A stretch of 64,000 nt of DNA from a virus (Duplodnaviria > Heunggongvirae > Uroviricota > Caudoviricetes). Below the pieces are notes generated by a model. It searched no databases. It had not been told where the DNA came from and saw only the letters and a list, made by a program, of their open reading frames with translations. The stretch lies in IMG/VR virus record IMGVR_UViG_3300032303_001313, positions 81,172 through 145,171 of that record; one strand, written 5' to 3'. The position numbers and the translations under genes were made by a program. Positions within the stretch are counted from its first letter, which is position 1; the number at the start of each line of letters is the position of its first letter. Positions 9,534 through 19,788 of the stretch are shown here, piece after piece.

Positions 9534-10553
9534 TTAACCCGGAGCAGAATAGAAGCCGATATTGAAACCTTCTCTAGTACATTCTTTTATAGTATGTTCC
9601 ATCCCATTAGTTTGTAAAACATCTTCAACATACTGGCATATATTCTTTTCACTTCCCGGCCACTTGTTTTTGCAATAATGACATAGTTTTGTGCATTTCC
9701 AGTTATCTCTGTTTTTAGATATTGGTTGGGGCTTTTCATTCTCTTTTATCTCTAAGAATCTTTTCTTCAACATATTCTTGAACTTTTCTTGATCAGACTC
9801 GTCAAAACACATTGAAAAAGGCCCGCCGTCTTTAATGAAGAAGATGCTCATTATTGACTGTTTGTAATCTGGAAATAGTTTGGAAATTGCATAGTTATAT
9901 AGCAATAGTTGTGGATCAGAACAAAGTTTCTCATATGTTTTCTCTTCACCAGTAGCCCAATCAAGACGCCTTCCCGTTTTCCAATCTATTACTTCAATTA
10001 CTCCGTCATCGACCTCTGTTACTAAGTCTATAGTCCCCTTAATAGCAAGTTGCCCCTTAACCTTCTCACCATTAATTTCATATTCATAGAAAGCCCAATC
10101 TTCATCAATTGGAATATCAAAGTGTGGTTCTGCTTCTACTATTTTGCGGTATCTAGGATCAAACTGACCCTCATTATACTTCAAAGTATTCCATACTAAT
10201 TCTGCACATTGATCTTTGTCAGTCTTGCTAAATGAATTCTTTGAATCTCTGGTATAGTTACAAAAACTGGAAGTTATTAGATTATCAACAACACTATCTT
10301 GTAACAATTCACTTCTCTTTATGGTAATGCCGCCCAACGCATCATCAATGACGGTAATCTTCGTCTTAGATGGATAATCTTGATTGAACTTTTTTAGTTT
10401 TGCTAGAACTTCCAAAACCTTATGAACTATAGTTCCTAATTCAGCCTTCTTACCACTATCTGATTGATGCCCCAATACATATGTAATAAAATACTGCATT
10501 TGACAGTAAGAATAGTTATTGTAACTGGACGATCTGAGATACGTTATAAGCAT
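9534..10553 (-). CDS. PD-(D/E)XK nuclease (Cas4/RecB-like exonuclease)
   Basis: IDLVTE...IEVIDWKTG core (D..E.K) plus a C-terminal Cys cluster CTKLCHYCKNKWPG consistent with the Fe-S Cas4-like family. Confidence 0.5.
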   Translation of the reverse strand: MLITYLRSSSYNNYSYCQMQYFITYVLGHQSDSGKKAELGTIVHKVLEVLAKLKKFNQDYPSKTKITVIDDALGGITIKRSELLQDSVVDNLITSSFCNYTRDSKNSFSKTDKDQCAELVWNTLKYNEGQFDPRYRKIVEAEPHFDIPIDEDWAFYEYEINGEKVKGQLAIKGTIDLVTEVDDGVIEVIDWKTGRRLDWATGEEKTYEKLCSDPQLLLYNYAISKLFPDYKQSIMSIFFIKDGGPFSMCFDESDQEKFKNMLKKRFLEIKENEKPQPISKNRDNWKCTKLCHYCKNKWPGSEKNICQYVEDVLQTNGMEHTIKECTREGFNIGFYSAPG

Positions 10554-10556
10554 TCT

Positions 10557-11300
10557 TCAACTCCAAATGAGATTAATTTTATTTAGGCTATTACACATTT
10601 CTTCTAGAGAAGTGTCTTTGTTGTCTATTATATGATCAAAGTTAGACCAATCGTACTTGTCTGCGTCTAGGGCTATTTCTGGCTCAGTTTGATCGTTAAA
10701 GACATTTCTTGTAAGCCTTACTATTATACCTCCAGCATCATGAACACCGTCTACTTCATTAGGAAATCTAATGTCTGGAATAAGGGCCATTGCTGGACAC
10801 TCAACTTTGATTTGTTTTATAGTAGCATTTAACCACGCACTTTTGTTTATCTTGCGTACTATTTTTGTTCCAAAATGTTCCATGAATTCTCTATTAGTCA
10901 TGAAGCCAGTTTTATTTTCAGTATTCTCTGGCATATCTTCCCACTTTATATGAGTGAGTTTATTCTTTTGCTTATCATTACCATACAAGTCTTTGAGTTC
11001 TAAATCAAACAAATCTATGGTTATTTTTTTTAAGTAGTCTGCAAAATGATAGACTTTAATATAGGGCCACAATTCCTTTTCAGCATACTCAGTGAAAATA
11101 GAATCTTTTCTAGTTACATCAAAAATCCCGTACCCACTAATACCATCTATATCTGATGTATTGATTACTAGTTGTCCCTCTTCATCTATATAGAAATCAA
11201 CTACCATACGTCTATTCTTTAGAACAGAACCGTTGATATAATTAGCGACAGTATTCTTTCCAGACTGCTTCTTTCCAGAAATTCCAATAATTCTTGTCAT
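10557..11300 (-). CDS. deoxynucleoside monophosphate kinase (T4 gp1-like)
   Basis: N-terminal GISGKKQSGKNTVANYI P-loop and IPDIRFPNEVD..GG.IVRLTR match the T4 dNMP kinase pattern. Confidence 0.65.
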   Translation of the reverse strand: MTRIIGISGKKQSGKNTVANYINGSVLKNRRMVVDFYIDEEGQLVINTSDIDGISGYGIFDVTRKDSIFTEYAEKELWPYIKVYHFADYLKKITIDLFDLELKDLYGNDKQKNKLTHIKWEDMPENTENKTGFMTNREFMEHFGTKIVRKINKSAWLNATIKQIKVECPAMALIPDIRFPNEVDGVHDAGGIIVRLTRNVFNDQTEPEIALDADKYDWSNFDHIIDNKDTSLEEMCNSLNKINLIWS

Positions 11301-11310
11301 CTGTTAACCT

Positions 11311-12321
11311 TTAAATGTGTGGTAAAATACTCTCTTGTATATCCTTGACTTCCATAGCACCAACGTCTTTAAGATCATACCTAGGAAGTCTTGGAAAAGA
11401 CAGTTTGTATGTTCTGTGTAATTGTCTCTGGATAGCGACTTTGGCTTCTCTACCCGCTTGATCTTGATCCATTAATACGATAATCTTAGTAATCGGTAGT
11501 TGATTTAACTTATATTCCTGTTCTTGACTTAATGTTTTACCAAACAATCCCATTACTTGATAAATACCGGCTTCGTACAATTTCCAAACGTCGCCCTGAC
11601 CTTCTACTAAAATAACAGAATTTGTTTTCTTGATATGTTCTACTGCCCTGTGGTAATTGTAAAATACAAACCTCTTATCAAACCCTTTTGGAGTAATAAG
11701 AAATTTGGGGGATTTATATTCATATATCGCCCTAGCAATACAAGCAATTATTTTTGATCCATCGTCATTATGGATGGGAATTATAGAACGTCCAAACAAC
11801 TTCGATTTTTTATCTAAACAGTCCCCTATCTCAAAGTATTTTAGCGTTTCTTCCTTAAATTTCCTGCTTAAAAAATACTGAGAAGGAACCGTACTACAGT
11901 ATTCGAAATCAATATCTTCGCTTTTCTTGCTAAATCTATCTTCTGTTAAACTAATCACAAGTTTTGAAAATTCGTCCTCATTAACTGGAGCATTACTAGT
12001 TACTTTGCTATTAACACCTAAAAACTTACAAGCCCATTTTAATGCTTCTGAAAATCCAACATCTGCACCGCTTTCTTTAGACAAAGTTCCACGAATTAGT
12101 CCAAATATATCGTTGCGATATTCTGACTGACAATCTCTAGTCCAGCATTTCCAAATACCTTTTTGCTTTGAAAATGAGAAGGCCCGAGGATTATCACTAC
12201 CATCATGAACGGGACAATTGCAATAGATATTATCGCCAAGAGTCTCGTATTCCATTCCTAACTTAATAAAAACCTCTTCGGCCCTATTATTCAATTGGTT
12301 TTTGATCTTGTATAAGTCCAT
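11311..12321 (-). CDS. dnaG: DnaG-type DNA primase (Zn-finger and TOPRIM)
   Basis: CNCPVHDGSDNPRAFSF zinc-finger; TOPRIM VILVEGQGDVWKLYEAG ... DQDQAGREA. Confidence 0.75.
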   Translation of the reverse strand: MDLYKIKNQLNNRAEEVFIKLGMEYETLGDNIYCNCPVHDGSDNPRAFSFSKQKGIWKCWTRDCQSEYRNDIFGLIRGTLSKESGADVGFSEALKWACKFLGVNSKVTSNAPVNEDEFSKLVISLTEDRFSKKSEDIDFEYCSTVPSQYFLSRKFKEETLKYFEIGDCLDKKSKLFGRSIIPIHNDDGSKIIACIARAIYEYKSPKFLITPKGFDKRFVFYNYHRAVEHIKKTNSVILVEGQGDVWKLYEAGIYQVMGLFGKTLSQEQEYKLNQLPITKIIVLMDQDQAGREAKVAIQRQLHRTYKLSFPRLPRYDLKDVGAMEVKDIQESILPHI

Positions 12322-13855
12322 TAATCTTTATCTTGTCTAGTGCGTTTTGGTCAACTAAGCCTGTATCAGAAATTGGTTGCTTTTTTAACTCATTTCTGGT
12401 TTTGATTTCTCTTAACCTAGCATGAGAACCTTGCATTACCATGTTAATATAGTCTCCATCTTCAAGTCCACCGCCGTGTCTTGCAACAATAGGCACTAAC
12501 TTTCTATTACCAGCATTTGGCCCATCTTCTGCCAACTCTTCTGGAGACTTGGTTTTGAAGATAGTAAATGATGTACACAGCCAGATTAGTCTATCAGAAC
12601 CGCTTACAGCGTCTGTGCTTTCTTTGGTAATACCGTCACGGTTTAACTGGACGAATGCTAAACATGGGATATCTAGTTTTACGCATAGATTGTGTAGTGC
12701 AGTAATTTGAAAACCTAGTGCTTGATACTCTTGGATGTTATTAGTAATAGAACTAGCAGACATTAACTTCAAGTAGTCAAATATGATCAAACAATTATTT
12801 GTGCGACCATTTTCATCACTTCCAACCTCTTTCATAACCCATCTTTTGATTAGGTTAAGAATTTGCTCAAAAGGTTTGCCCGCTACACTGATATAATGAT
12901 ATGGAATTGATTCTATTAATGTTACAGCGTCATGTACACTAGTTCGTTTTTCATCGTCAGATACATATCTACCTTTAGCAACCTCGTTTACTTCAACACC
13001 GCTGATATTTGCTATCAACCTATTAAAGTGATCTTTTTCGCTCATTTCTGTGTCTATAACTAAAACTGGGATGCCCATTTTGGTTACATTCAAGGCCACA
13101 TTGTCAGTAAATATACTCTTACCAACCTTGGGCCTTGCAGAAACTAAATCAACACACTGTCTGCGTAATCCGCCACCAATGGCTTCGTCATATCTAGAAT
13201 ATCCACTTGGAATTCCAATTATGTCGCACGGATTGCTCTCTACAAATTCAATATATTCTCTGATATTCTTACTAAGTTTTTCTGGAACGTCGCCGCTATC
13301 ATCTTCTCTTAGAAAGTCAGTAACTGGATTTTCTAATAGTTTAACAATTTCATCTATACTCTCAGTCCCATTCACTTCATCAACGTCTTTGCTAATCTTA
13401 GATATTAGTAGTTTGATCTTACGAGCAAATTCAAACTTTTTAATCTGGATAGCAAAGTGAAATACATTGTCTTTATGAACTGGGAATTGTAAGAGTGACT
13501 TTATATACTTGATTTCTTGATCAGTATTAATGTTCTCATATAGATTTAACTGTTGAGCAACCGACAAAATAGATGGTATATCAACCTTCTGATCATTTAT
13601 TACTATCTTTTCAACGCACTTGAATAGAATTTGATTATTTAAGTGTGTAAAAGTATCTTCTGTTACAATGTCTGAGACTGTAACATAAGCATCTAATCCA
13701 TATTGCATCAAGCCAGCCAGTACGGCCCGCTCTGATCCTATGTCAGAAAGTTGTGTTTCCATATTAACCACCAATACATCTACTGCATCGATAGTATTCA
13801 CCATAGATGGTTGACGGGTCTTCTTTGAATTTCTTACCGCAAACGTGGCATTCAA
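12287..13855 (-). CDS. dnaB: replicative DnaB-family helicase
   Basis: N-terminal SERAVLAGLMQYG; Walker A SARPKVGKS; RecA-like core; ends near primase. The true start may be an internal Met near 13762 (METQLSD). Confidence 0.85.
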   Translation of the reverse strand: MNATFAVRNSKKTRQPSMVNTIDAVDVLVVNMETQLSDIGSERAVLAGLMQYGLDAYVTVSDIVTEDTFTHLNNQILFKCVEKIVINDQKVDIPSILSVAQQLNLYENINTDQEIKYIKSLLQFPVHKDNVFHFAIQIKKFEFARKIKLLISKISKDVDEVNGTESIDEIVKLLENPVTDFLREDDSGDVPEKLSKNIREYIEFVESNPCDIIGIPSGYSRYDEAIGGGLRRQCVDLVSARPKVGKSIFTDNVALNVTKMGIPVLVIDTEMSEKDHFNRLIANISGVEVNEVAKGRYVSDDEKRTSVHDAVTLIESIPYHYISVAGKPFEQILNLIKRWVMKEVGSDENGRTNNCLIIFDYLKLMSASSITNNIQEYQALGFQITALHNLCVKLDIPCLAFVQLNRDGITKESTDAVSGSDRLIWLCTSFTIFKTKSPEELAEDGPNAGNRKLVPIVARHGGGLEDGDYINMVMQGSHARLREIKTRNELKKQPISDTGLVDQNALDKIKINGLIQDQKPIE

Positions 13856-14138
13856 CTTCTACCTTAGTGTACGGCTTACGCTTTCGTGGAACTTTTTCAA
13901 ACTTTGGTGTTTCGATATGTCTATCTTCACCATTATCTGTCCACTCATTATTTCTCGCTCTCACAGGTTCTCTTCTCCTTACATTATTGTCCTGCCTATT
14001 AACTCTAAAGTTTTCATCAACTCTGGCAGATGATGTTGATGGTTTGGGAATATCTGCTGGTGCATTATTTAGTAATGCCTCTAATAACGCTTTCTTTTGT
14101 TCTTCATTAAGCATCCCAAGAAAATCATTTGTATTCAT
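13764..14138 (-). CDS. hypothetical protein with C-terminal zinc ribbon
   Basis: CHVCGKKF...YYRCSRC. Confidence 0.3.
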   Translation of the reverse strand: MNTNDFLGMLNEEQKKALLEALLNNAPADIPKPSTSSARVDENFRVNRQDNNVRRREPVRARNNEWTDNGEDRHIETPKFEKVPRKRKPYTKVEVECHVCGKKFKEDPSTIYGEYYRCSRCIGG

Positions 14139-14611
14139 AGTCTCTTACCTCGTTCAAGTAGAATGTCGGCCTTTCTTTTTAGTTCAAATACTTTACCTTC
14201 TAATGCTTGCAGTCTAGCGTCTGCAACTTCTCTCATATGCTCAACCGATGATGCATAAGAGTTTATTTCGGCTAGTATATACTTCTTTGATTCATGCTTT
14301 GTATACTGACTAAAATCATTACTGTGTTGTACTATTAGTCTTTCAATTTGGTCGTGACACCATGATAAAGCAACCTTATTCTTGTTGATTTCATCTTGAA
14401 TATACGTTGAATATCCATATAATAGATATGCAGCATCTAATGCTTCCGCTTGGGTCATCTTTCTTAGTTGATCTAATGATAAGTCTGCTACAATCAAATA
14501 CTCTTCTCTAAAAGAAGAAAATTTGGTATTACTTATGTTTAGATAACTATCAACAGATGCCAAATGCTTTGCTAGTTTATCAGACGCTTTTAATTCTTGA
14601 TCGCCACTCAT
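14135..14611 (-). CDS. hypothetical protein
   Basis: ORF in operon register with flanking genes. Confidence 0.3.
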   Translation of the reverse strand: MSGDQELKASDKLAKHLASVDSYLNISNTKFSSFREEYLIVADLSLDQLRKMTQAEALDAAYLLYGYSTYIQDEINKNKVALSWCHDQIERLIVQHSNDFSQYTKHESKKYILAEINSYASSVEHMREVADARLQALEGKVFELKRKADILLERGKRL

Positions 14612-15002
14612 CGTCGCTTTCTGAATATTTTAGGACTATAAGATCAATATTGTTTAATTCACACCAAGTTTGTTTATCTTCATCCCTAACTTGAGCCTTG
14701 ATGAAATCCGCCATACTTTTATGGAAAAAGGGCGAATATTCATAATGTTGCTGACCGTGGACTTCAAAAGCCTTACTAATAGTTGGTATGTAAAAATCTA
14801 GGTAAAGAACAGACTTTCTATGAGGTAATGTACTACCGGGCAACTTAACTTCTTCTAGAATTCGATAACTATTATAGATTTCTTTTAATAGGTTTCTAGC
14901 CCTTAAATGATATTTGGAACGTTTACGGCTATCATCGTTAAATACATCATATCCCGTCAAGTTCCATACATATTCCTTGCCGCTGATTCCAACAATTTTC
15001 AC
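14580..15002 (-). CDS. hypothetical protein
   Basis: ORF; the 4-nt overlap with the recombinase gene stop suggests translational coupling. Confidence 0.3.
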   Translation of the reverse strand: MKIVGISGKEYVWNLTGYDVFNDDSRKRSKYHLRARNLLKEIYNSYRILEEVKLPGSTLPHRKSVLYLDFYIPTISKAFEVHGQQHYEYSPFFHKSMADFIKAQVRDEDKQTWCELNNIDLIVLKYSESDDEWRSRIKSV

Positions 15003-16102
15003 TGTAGTTCCTTAATCTTTAGGTATAGGAAATCACTTATTTGAGGGTTATTATTCAAGAATTCTGAAACACTATTAACGCCTTGAAACTTGAAGAATCT
15101 TTCAATATCTTCTGGAGAAGAAATATTGTTATCTGCTAGTAACTTGTTGACAATAGGATGGCTTGTGTCATCTACTGCGGCTTGAATAGTATACCAAGCA
15201 CCGGCAGTTTTGATAAGTCTAAACTCACAAGCAATATGAATAATCTCTTGAACTTCATCTACACCAATGCCATATTTAATCCAACTCTCAGCGGTACTAT
15301 TAGGTCTACCGCCAGCATTAGATGTTTTTATTACCCAGTTGGCAATTTGACCAACGTGAACTCCAGTATCTTTTGGAACTTGCCACTTGCCACGGTGAGT
15401 AATCACCATGTTTGTACCGGCTTGATACTGTACTTGATTACCACAATCCGCCATCTTTGCTGGGGCATATGGAGAACCTCCAGTATTAGCAATATTGTGT
15501 GTAACACCTATAAGAATAGATTTGTTCTTCATAAGTGTTCCACTTATACGCTTGCAGAACATAGAGAGCAATCTTGGAAGTGCATTTCGTACTCCAGTTC
15601 TTACTTCTCCCTCTAGTTCGCAAGCAGGAACCATATTCGATAAAGAATCTACTATGATTAGACAGCCGGGATCATTGTTAATGTAATATTCAATAATGTT
15701 TAGAAAGTCCTCTGCCGATAATACTCTCTCATTCGTAGATTCAACTATAAGAATACTATCAGATTGTAAACCCTTAATGCCTTCAAAATTTTGCTTTGAT
15801 AATCTACCTTCTGTATTGATATAGATTACCTTTTTGCCTAAACTCTGGCAGCGGGAAGCAAAATGTAGGGCGGTTGTTGTCTTACCACTCTTAGGATCGC
15901 CCGTCATAACAACTACAGAACCTTCTCTAAGGCCACCGCCCAAAGCAATGTCTAATGCTGGAGATAAACTGATAACAGATAGACTATTGATACTTTCAAG
16001 TACTTCTGTGCCACTTCTAACAACGTCGCCATACTTGCTTATGATTGAATTGCTGATTTCGTCTTCTGCGAACTTTGATGGTGCTTTCTTTGTCTTACTC
16101 AT
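14999..16102 (-). CDS. RecA/UvsX-family recombinase
   Basis: LDIALGGGLREGSVVVMTGDPKSGKTTTALHFAS (RecA Walker A region); about 367 aa. Confidence 0.75.
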   Translation of the reverse strand: MSKTKKAPSKFAEDEISNSIISKYGDVVRSGTEVLESINSLSVISLSPALDIALGGGLREGSVVVMTGDPKSGKTTTALHFASRCQSLGKKVIYINTEGRLSKQNFEGIKGLQSDSILIVESTNERVLSAEDFLNIIEYYINNDPGCLIIVDSLSNMVPACELEGEVRTGVRNALPRLLSMFCKRISGTLMKNKSILIGVTHNIANTGGSPYAPAKMADCGNQVQYQAGTNMVITHRGKWQVPKDTGVHVGQIANWVIKTSNAGGRPNSTAESWIKYGIGVDEVQEIIHIACEFRLIKTAGAWYTIQAAVDDTSHPIVNKLLADNNISSPEDIERFFKFQGVNSVSEFLNNNPQISDFLYLKIKELQ

Positions 16103-16109
16103 AAATTCC

Positions 16110-16709
16110 TCAAGAATATTGGTTAATGATTTGTTTTGCTATTTCGTAATCGTCATGATTTAAACACAGTATGCCTAATCCACGATCAGTACGTTCGCCC
16201 ACCCGTCTTTTGTTGTCTTTTACTCCATTATAGCCTGCTTGTTGAAGTTTACCAAACGCCCACGAAGGCCCGTCACAAAATTCGTTTATGTAGTCTATAT
16301 CATGTAGAATTACTATTCTAGGCTTTGTTTCTAAAACATATTCAATTTCTTGAGACACAGTACACAATCTATGATCGCCATTTAGTAACAAAATAGAATC
16401 CGATCTTAAAACTCTAGGTAAGACATTTACGCTCTTATTTTTCACTAGTGATACATCTACATCTTCGTAATCTTCAAGCATTTCCAATAAATTTGGTTTG
16501 AAATCTATATCTATCAAAATACATGGGGCGTATGTTATCTTGCTTGCTTCTAGTAAAGCAAATGTGGATACTCCATAACACGATCCAACTTCTATATATG
16601 TCGGGGGCGGGTCTACATTTATATTGAGTAAATAGTGCCTTATCATATCTGAATGTCTAACGTCCATAGACATAATATCGTCCATATATGGCACAATATG
16701 TTTACTCAT
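16110..16709 (-). CDS. class I SAM-dependent methyltransferase
   Basis: IEVGSCYGVST motif I-like region; LLNGDH. Confidence 0.4.
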   Translation of the reverse strand: MSKHIVPYMDDIMSMDVRHSDMIRHYLLNINVDPPPTYIEVGSCYGVSTFALLEASKITYAPCILIDIDFKPNLLEMLEDYEDVDVSLVKNKSVNVLPRVLRSDSILLLNGDHRLCTVSQEIEYVLETKPRIVILHDIDYINEFCDGPSWAFGKLQQAGYNGVKDNKRRVGERTDRGLGILCLNHDDYEIAKQIINQYS

Positions 16710-17212
16710 AGATTTCTCAATCTGTTAATGTTATTAGACTTACTTGGTTTAAATACTGTTGGGCGAACTTCAACTTGTTGAGTATCTGTTTCAACATCCA
16801 TGTTTACTTTAACGTTTTCTTTTTCTAATTCGGCGTGGTATTTAGCAATCACCTTTTCTGCTTCTGGATTGATTTTGTATCCACGACCATTCTGAACTCC
16901 TAGCACTAAAAGTCTATCAAAATCTTTAGACTGTATAGCCTTCAATATGGCTTCTTCGCTATACTTTTTCTTTAGTTGTATAGCAGCACCGTGCTGTTTC
17001 TTCCATATCCAATGATTAGGATCGCCCTTAGTCCAGAATTTATACGAGGGTTTACCTAACTTCAATCTTTCTGCTCTTCTAAGAACAATATATTCTGCAA
17101 CATATGCTTCAAAAGTACAATATTCACCCGTATGAATATGTTTGTATTTATGTGTTTCTGACCATTGCTTCTGATATTCTTGATTAAACAACTCTGGTTT
17201 TTGCGTAGTCAT
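16706..17212 (-). CDS. hypothetical protein
   Basis: ORF. Confidence 0.3.
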   Translation of the reverse strand: MTTQKPELFNQEYQKQWSETHKYKHIHTGEYCTFEAYVAEYIVLRRAERLKLGKPSYKFWTKGDPNHWIWKKQHGAAIQLKKKYSEEAILKAIQSKDFDRLLVLGVQNGRGYKINPEAEKVIAKYHAELEKENVKVNMDVETDTQQVEVRPTVFKPSKSNNINRLRNL

Positions 17213-17618
17213 ATATTAATGCTTCCTCAAAACAATCCTCTACCTTGCTTTCATCTTCTAATTCTTGTACTAGTTCTGGTATAATCCAGATGGTCTTTTT
17301 GACAATATCACCATATAATTTACCAACTGTAAATGTTTGACGGGCTTCGCTACCAAAAGAACCAATGATTGATCTGGTAAGGTAAACACCGTCAGTATTA
17401 GATGTATCAATTTCTATTGAGTGCGATCTATACTGTAAACCAACCTTAACAATTGAAAGATTATTCTCTTTACAATACCCTTTTAGAATAAGCCATTCAG
17501 AGTAATCTACTAAGTAGATTTCTAAACCATTAGACAAAATTGCTCTTATCCAAGTTTTTTGCTTATCTTTTTTGTATTCTTCAAGCCAATCTTTATATGA
17601 TGTTATGAAAGCGTTCAT
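17184..17618 (-). CDS. hypothetical protein
   Basis: ORF. Confidence 0.3.
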   Translation of the reverse strand: MNAFITSYKDWLEEYKKDKQKTWIRAILSNGLEIYLVDYSEWLILKGYCKENNLSIVKVGLQYRSHSIEIDTSNTDGVYLTRSIIGSFGSEARQTFTVGKLYGDIVKKTIWIIPELVQELEDESKVEDCFEEALIYDYAKTRVV

Positions 17619-17899
17619 TTGATTTTAATAACACACGGGGGGTTATAAGGTTTAGACCTTCTTGTTTCATCAATCATCATAGAAGCATTTTGTGTCATAA
17701 CGGTAGCACCGCCCTGTCTTGCAAACTGTTGATCTACAATAGTTGGTTGCTTATTCAACTTAGCCTTTACAACGTGCTTTTCTACAGCACTAACTGCTCT
17801 GTCTAAGTCTTTAGCAATTTCATCTACAGAAACTCCAGACTTAAACTTTTCTTCAACATAAAAGGCTTCTGCCTTTCCTAACGGGCCTGTCTTAGCCAT
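17615..17899 (-). CDS. hypothetical small protein, possibly a DNA-binding regulator
   Basis: Short ORF with helix-rich sequence VSVDEIAKDLDRAVSAVEKHV suggestive of an HTH. Confidence 0.25.
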   Translation of the reverse strand: MAKTGPLGKAEAFYVEEKFKSGVSVDEIAKDLDRAVSAVEKHVVKAKLNKQPTIVDQQFARQGGATVMTQNASMMIDETRRSKPYNPPCVIKIK

Positions 17900-18236
17900 T
17901 GATATAACTCCTTTGTGCTTTTGCCATATATGCTTGATTTCTTGTTCTTAGGAACATAAGAAAGTAGTTATATGTTTCAGCGTTTGTGGTTTTTAGATTC
18001 AGTTCTAGAACTTTTTCCCTATTACTATCTATTCCATATGGATCGTAGATTGCATTTCTGTGTGTCAAAACTTGAAAAGTATTTGATGCTACTGTACCAT
18101 TTGAGATAGTTTTCATCTTAGCATATACTCGTTCACTATCTTCCGATATTGGTCGCCCAATCTTGTTGATTGAAATCTCGACCACTTCTTTCTTATCGAT
18201 ATTGTCTACGTTGTCTGTTGAGTTAATAAACTTCAT
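17892..18236 (-). CDS. hypothetical protein
   Basis: ORF. Confidence 0.3.
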   Translation of the reverse strand: MKFINSTDNVDNIDKKEVVEISINKIGRPISEDSERVYAKMKTISNGTVASNTFQVLTHRNAIYDPYGIDSNREKVLELNLKTTNAETYNYFLMFLRTRNQAYMAKAQRSYING

Positions 18237-18580
18237 TTTTCACCTGTCATTATGTAATTTAACTTCTGTTTGTCGTTCATCTTCATTATATCTTTTCTAG
18301 ATGCGGGGCCGAAGTCTGCTAATGGTTCTTTTACTTCTTTGGCTTTATTCTTTTCTTCTATTTCTGAACGCTGGTAGTGTCCCTTTTTGGCCCAACTTCT
18401 ATCCATTACGCTTCCAATTGTGTTAGTCCCCTTCATGAATGATCCAAGCCCACCATATATTACCCTCTGTAGCGTTTCTTTACCGCAGTTTGGGCAAGTG
18501 GTCAAAGCGTCATCTTTTATAGACTGACTTATATCCTTCATTTCGTGCGAACATTCTTCGCAAGTATAATCGTACAGCAT
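18233..18580 (-). CDS. FmdB-family zinc-ribbon protein
   Basis: MLYDYTCEECSHE...CPNCGK matches the 'putative regulatory protein FmdB' Zn-ribbon. Confidence 0.45.
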   Translation of the reverse strand: MLYDYTCEECSHEMKDISQSIKDDALTTCPNCGKETLQRVIYGGLGSFMKGTNTIGSVMDRSWAKKGHYQRSEIEEKNKAKEVKEPLADFGPASRKDIMKMNDKQKLNYIMTGEK

Positions 18581-18586
18581 ATTTCC

Positions 18587-19267
18587 TCAAGATTCTAGTG
18601 CGTGTAAAACAGCACCTAAAATACCATTTCTTTGAATATCTTCATATCCTAAAGTGCATATTCCAATACCATTTATATCTGATAGTTTATCTATACACTC
18701 TAAAAGGCCATTTCCACGATATAGGTCTGTTTGTTTGGTATCTCCATTGATCATAACTTTAGAGTTTTCGCCCATTCTTGTAATGAACATTTTGATTTGT
18801 TCTAATGTGCAATTTTGGGCTTCGTCTAGAATCATATATGAATTATGGAATGTAGACCCTCTCATTGTTTCTAATGGTTCGAATCTTATTCTTCTGGTAT
18901 TGTAATAAAGACCAAACTTATCTCTTCCGAGGAAATAGCGTAAGTTTTCTTCCATAGGTTGTAAATACGGCTTAATCTTATCATTTAACTCACCCGGAAG
19001 TGAACCAATATCTTTGCCCGTACAAACTAATGGGCGGGTTACTATAATGGTTTCAATCTTATCTCTGAGAAGATGTTCTGACGCTACCCCGGCTGCAATA
19101 AATGATTTACCAGTACCAGAAGGCCCAGTACAAAAGATAATGTCGTTCTCAATAATAGAACGAATGTAATCTTTCTGGTTTTCTGTTTTGGCTGTTAATA
19201 CATTTTGTTTAGGTTCTTGTTTGCTTTTTTTGTTTTTTCTCGGATTGTTATTTGCCGCTGCTGCCAT
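18587..19267 (-). CDS. phoH: PhoH-like ATPase
   Basis: GPSGTGKSFIAAG Walker A and conserved PhoH core; common phage auxiliary gene. Confidence 0.85.
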   Translation of the reverse strand: MAAAANNNPRKNKKSKQEPKQNVLTAKTENQKDYIRSIIENDIIFCTGPSGTGKSFIAAGVASEHLLRDKIETIIVTRPLVCTGKDIGSLPGELNDKIKPYLQPMEENLRYFLGRDKFGLYYNTRRIRFEPLETMRGSTFHNSYMILDEAQNCTLEQIKMFITRMGENSKVMINGDTKQTDLYRGNGLLECIDKLSDINGIGICTLGYEDIQRNGILGAVLHALES

Positions 19268-19296
19268 TTAATTCTCCGTTGTTGGGAGCGTATTGG

Positions 19297-19719
19297 CTAG
19301 ATACCCGAACTGCCGAAGCCATTACTTCCCCGTTGCGAGGAACCTAACGAGTCATGTACTTCCATAAGTACGCAAGGAACCTCTTGGAATATAATCTGAG
19401 CGATTCTATCCCCGGTATTTATACTAACATTTTCATCAGAAGTGTTGTATAAGCATACCATTATCTCTCCCCTGTAACCACTATCCACTACTCCTGCTAG
19501 AACATCTATGCCCTGTTTAACAGATAGGCCCGATCTAGGCCAAATTAAACCGGCAAAATGTTCTGGCATTTGCAATGCAATTCCAGTACTGACAGTCTTG
19601 CGTTGTTTTGCGGGAATGATGGTGTCAATATTAGAATAAAGATCAAATCCAGCATCATTAGAATTTGCTTTTGTTGGCACTTTAGCATTAGAACTCAATA
19701 GTTGCACTTTAGTCATATG
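19297..19719 (-). CDS. dut: dUTP diphosphatase
   Basis: dUTPase motifs AGFDL, PRSGL, GVVDSGYRGE, GDRIAQ and R.GFGSSG. The likely start is the internal Met (MTKVQLL); the track ORF extends to 19773. Confidence 0.8.
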   Translation of the reverse strand, partial: HMTKVQLLSSNAKVPTKANSNDAGFDLYSNIDTIIPAKQRKTVSTGIALQMPEHFAGLIWPRSGLSVKQGIDVLAGVVDSGYRGEIMVCLYNTSDENVSINTGDRIAQIIFQEVPCVLMEVHDSLGSSQRGSNGFGSSGI

Positions 19720-19788
19720 ACTAATTTGAAAGTTAACGCTGTTTATTGCTATACCTTTACCACAAGAAATCATAGTAATCCTCCTTTA